A model generated the notes under the pieces. It had not been told where the DNA came from and searched no databases. It saw nothing but the letters and a program-made list of their open reading frames with translations. The translations under genes and the position numbers were made by a program. A DNA stretch of 17,316 nt from Bdellovibrionales bacterium (lineage in GTDB: Bacteria > Bdellovibrionota > Bdellovibrionia > Bdellovibrionales > JAGQZY01). The first letter of the stretch is position 1. Every line of letters begins with the position of its first letter. Positions 17,119 to 17,316 of this stretch are shown here, in pieces. Where the stretch lies: positions 1-17,316 of the forward strand of contig JANPLN010000021.1 in the NCBI GenBank assembly GCA_031426555.1, read 5' to 3'.

Positions 17119-17316
17119 ATGATTAACCAAAGTAATATTAGGAAACTTTTAGAAGAATTAGATCAGGCTTTGAAAAATAAAGGTCAACAGCGTGAGTTTA
17201 CTATTTTTGGAAGCGGCGCTTTATTAATTCAAGGCATTGCGAGTGAGTCGCGAGCGACCATTGATGTTGATATGGTGGACCCCAAAATAGATATGGAACT
17301 GCAAGTCCTTTGTGCG
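17119..17316 (+). CDS. DUF6036 / AbiEii-like nucleotidyltransferase (5' part only)
   Basis: Not in the ORF track. MINQSNIRKLLEELDQALKNKGQQREFTIFGSGALLIQGIASESRATIDVDMVD... has the G[G/S]xAL...RxTxDxD Pol-beta NTase motif. SD AAGGGA and TG-A-TATCTT lie upstream. Confidence 0.75.
   Translation, partial: MINQSNIRKLLEELDQALKNKGQQREFTIFGSGALLIQGIASESRATIDVDMVDPKIDMELQVLCA

Larger units (their letters stand above)
16822..17316. mobile_element. Left end of a putative integrative element or prophage inserted at tRNA-fMet (continues beyond the window)
   Basis: The orientation of the tRNA 3' fragment places the element to its right. Short repeat arrays and a toxin-like nucleotidyltransferase follow. 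No integrase is visible in the window. Confidence 0.65.

Overview
A 17.3 kb bacterial chromosomal window. Gene content and protein style suggest a Bdellovibrionota-like organism (inference only). The left part encodes exported proteins. Three of them share a lone-Cys 'CxxLF' motif just after the signal peptide, and one of these also has ~38-aa OPR-like repeats and a C-terminal RAP/DUF559-type nuclease domain. A di-haem c-type cytochrome and a lipoprotein lie among them. The middle holds an RRM RNA-binding protein gene with an RBS-occluding leader hairpin, a SlyD-like PPIase, a btaA-btaB betaine-lipid operon, a stand-alone PAS protein and an SLC13/TrkA-C transporter. Next come an unannotated, doubly deleted histidine kinase remnant beside its intact paralogue, a 4-PAS hybrid kinase, a CapA-family metallophosphoesterase and a cyclophilin. 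The right end has a 48-nt 3' fragment of initiator tRNA-Met. This probably marks the att boundary of an integrated element that extends beyond the window and begins with repeat arrays and a DUF6036/AbiEii-like nucleotidyltransferase gene. All family calls come from motifs recognised by eye; no database searches were run.
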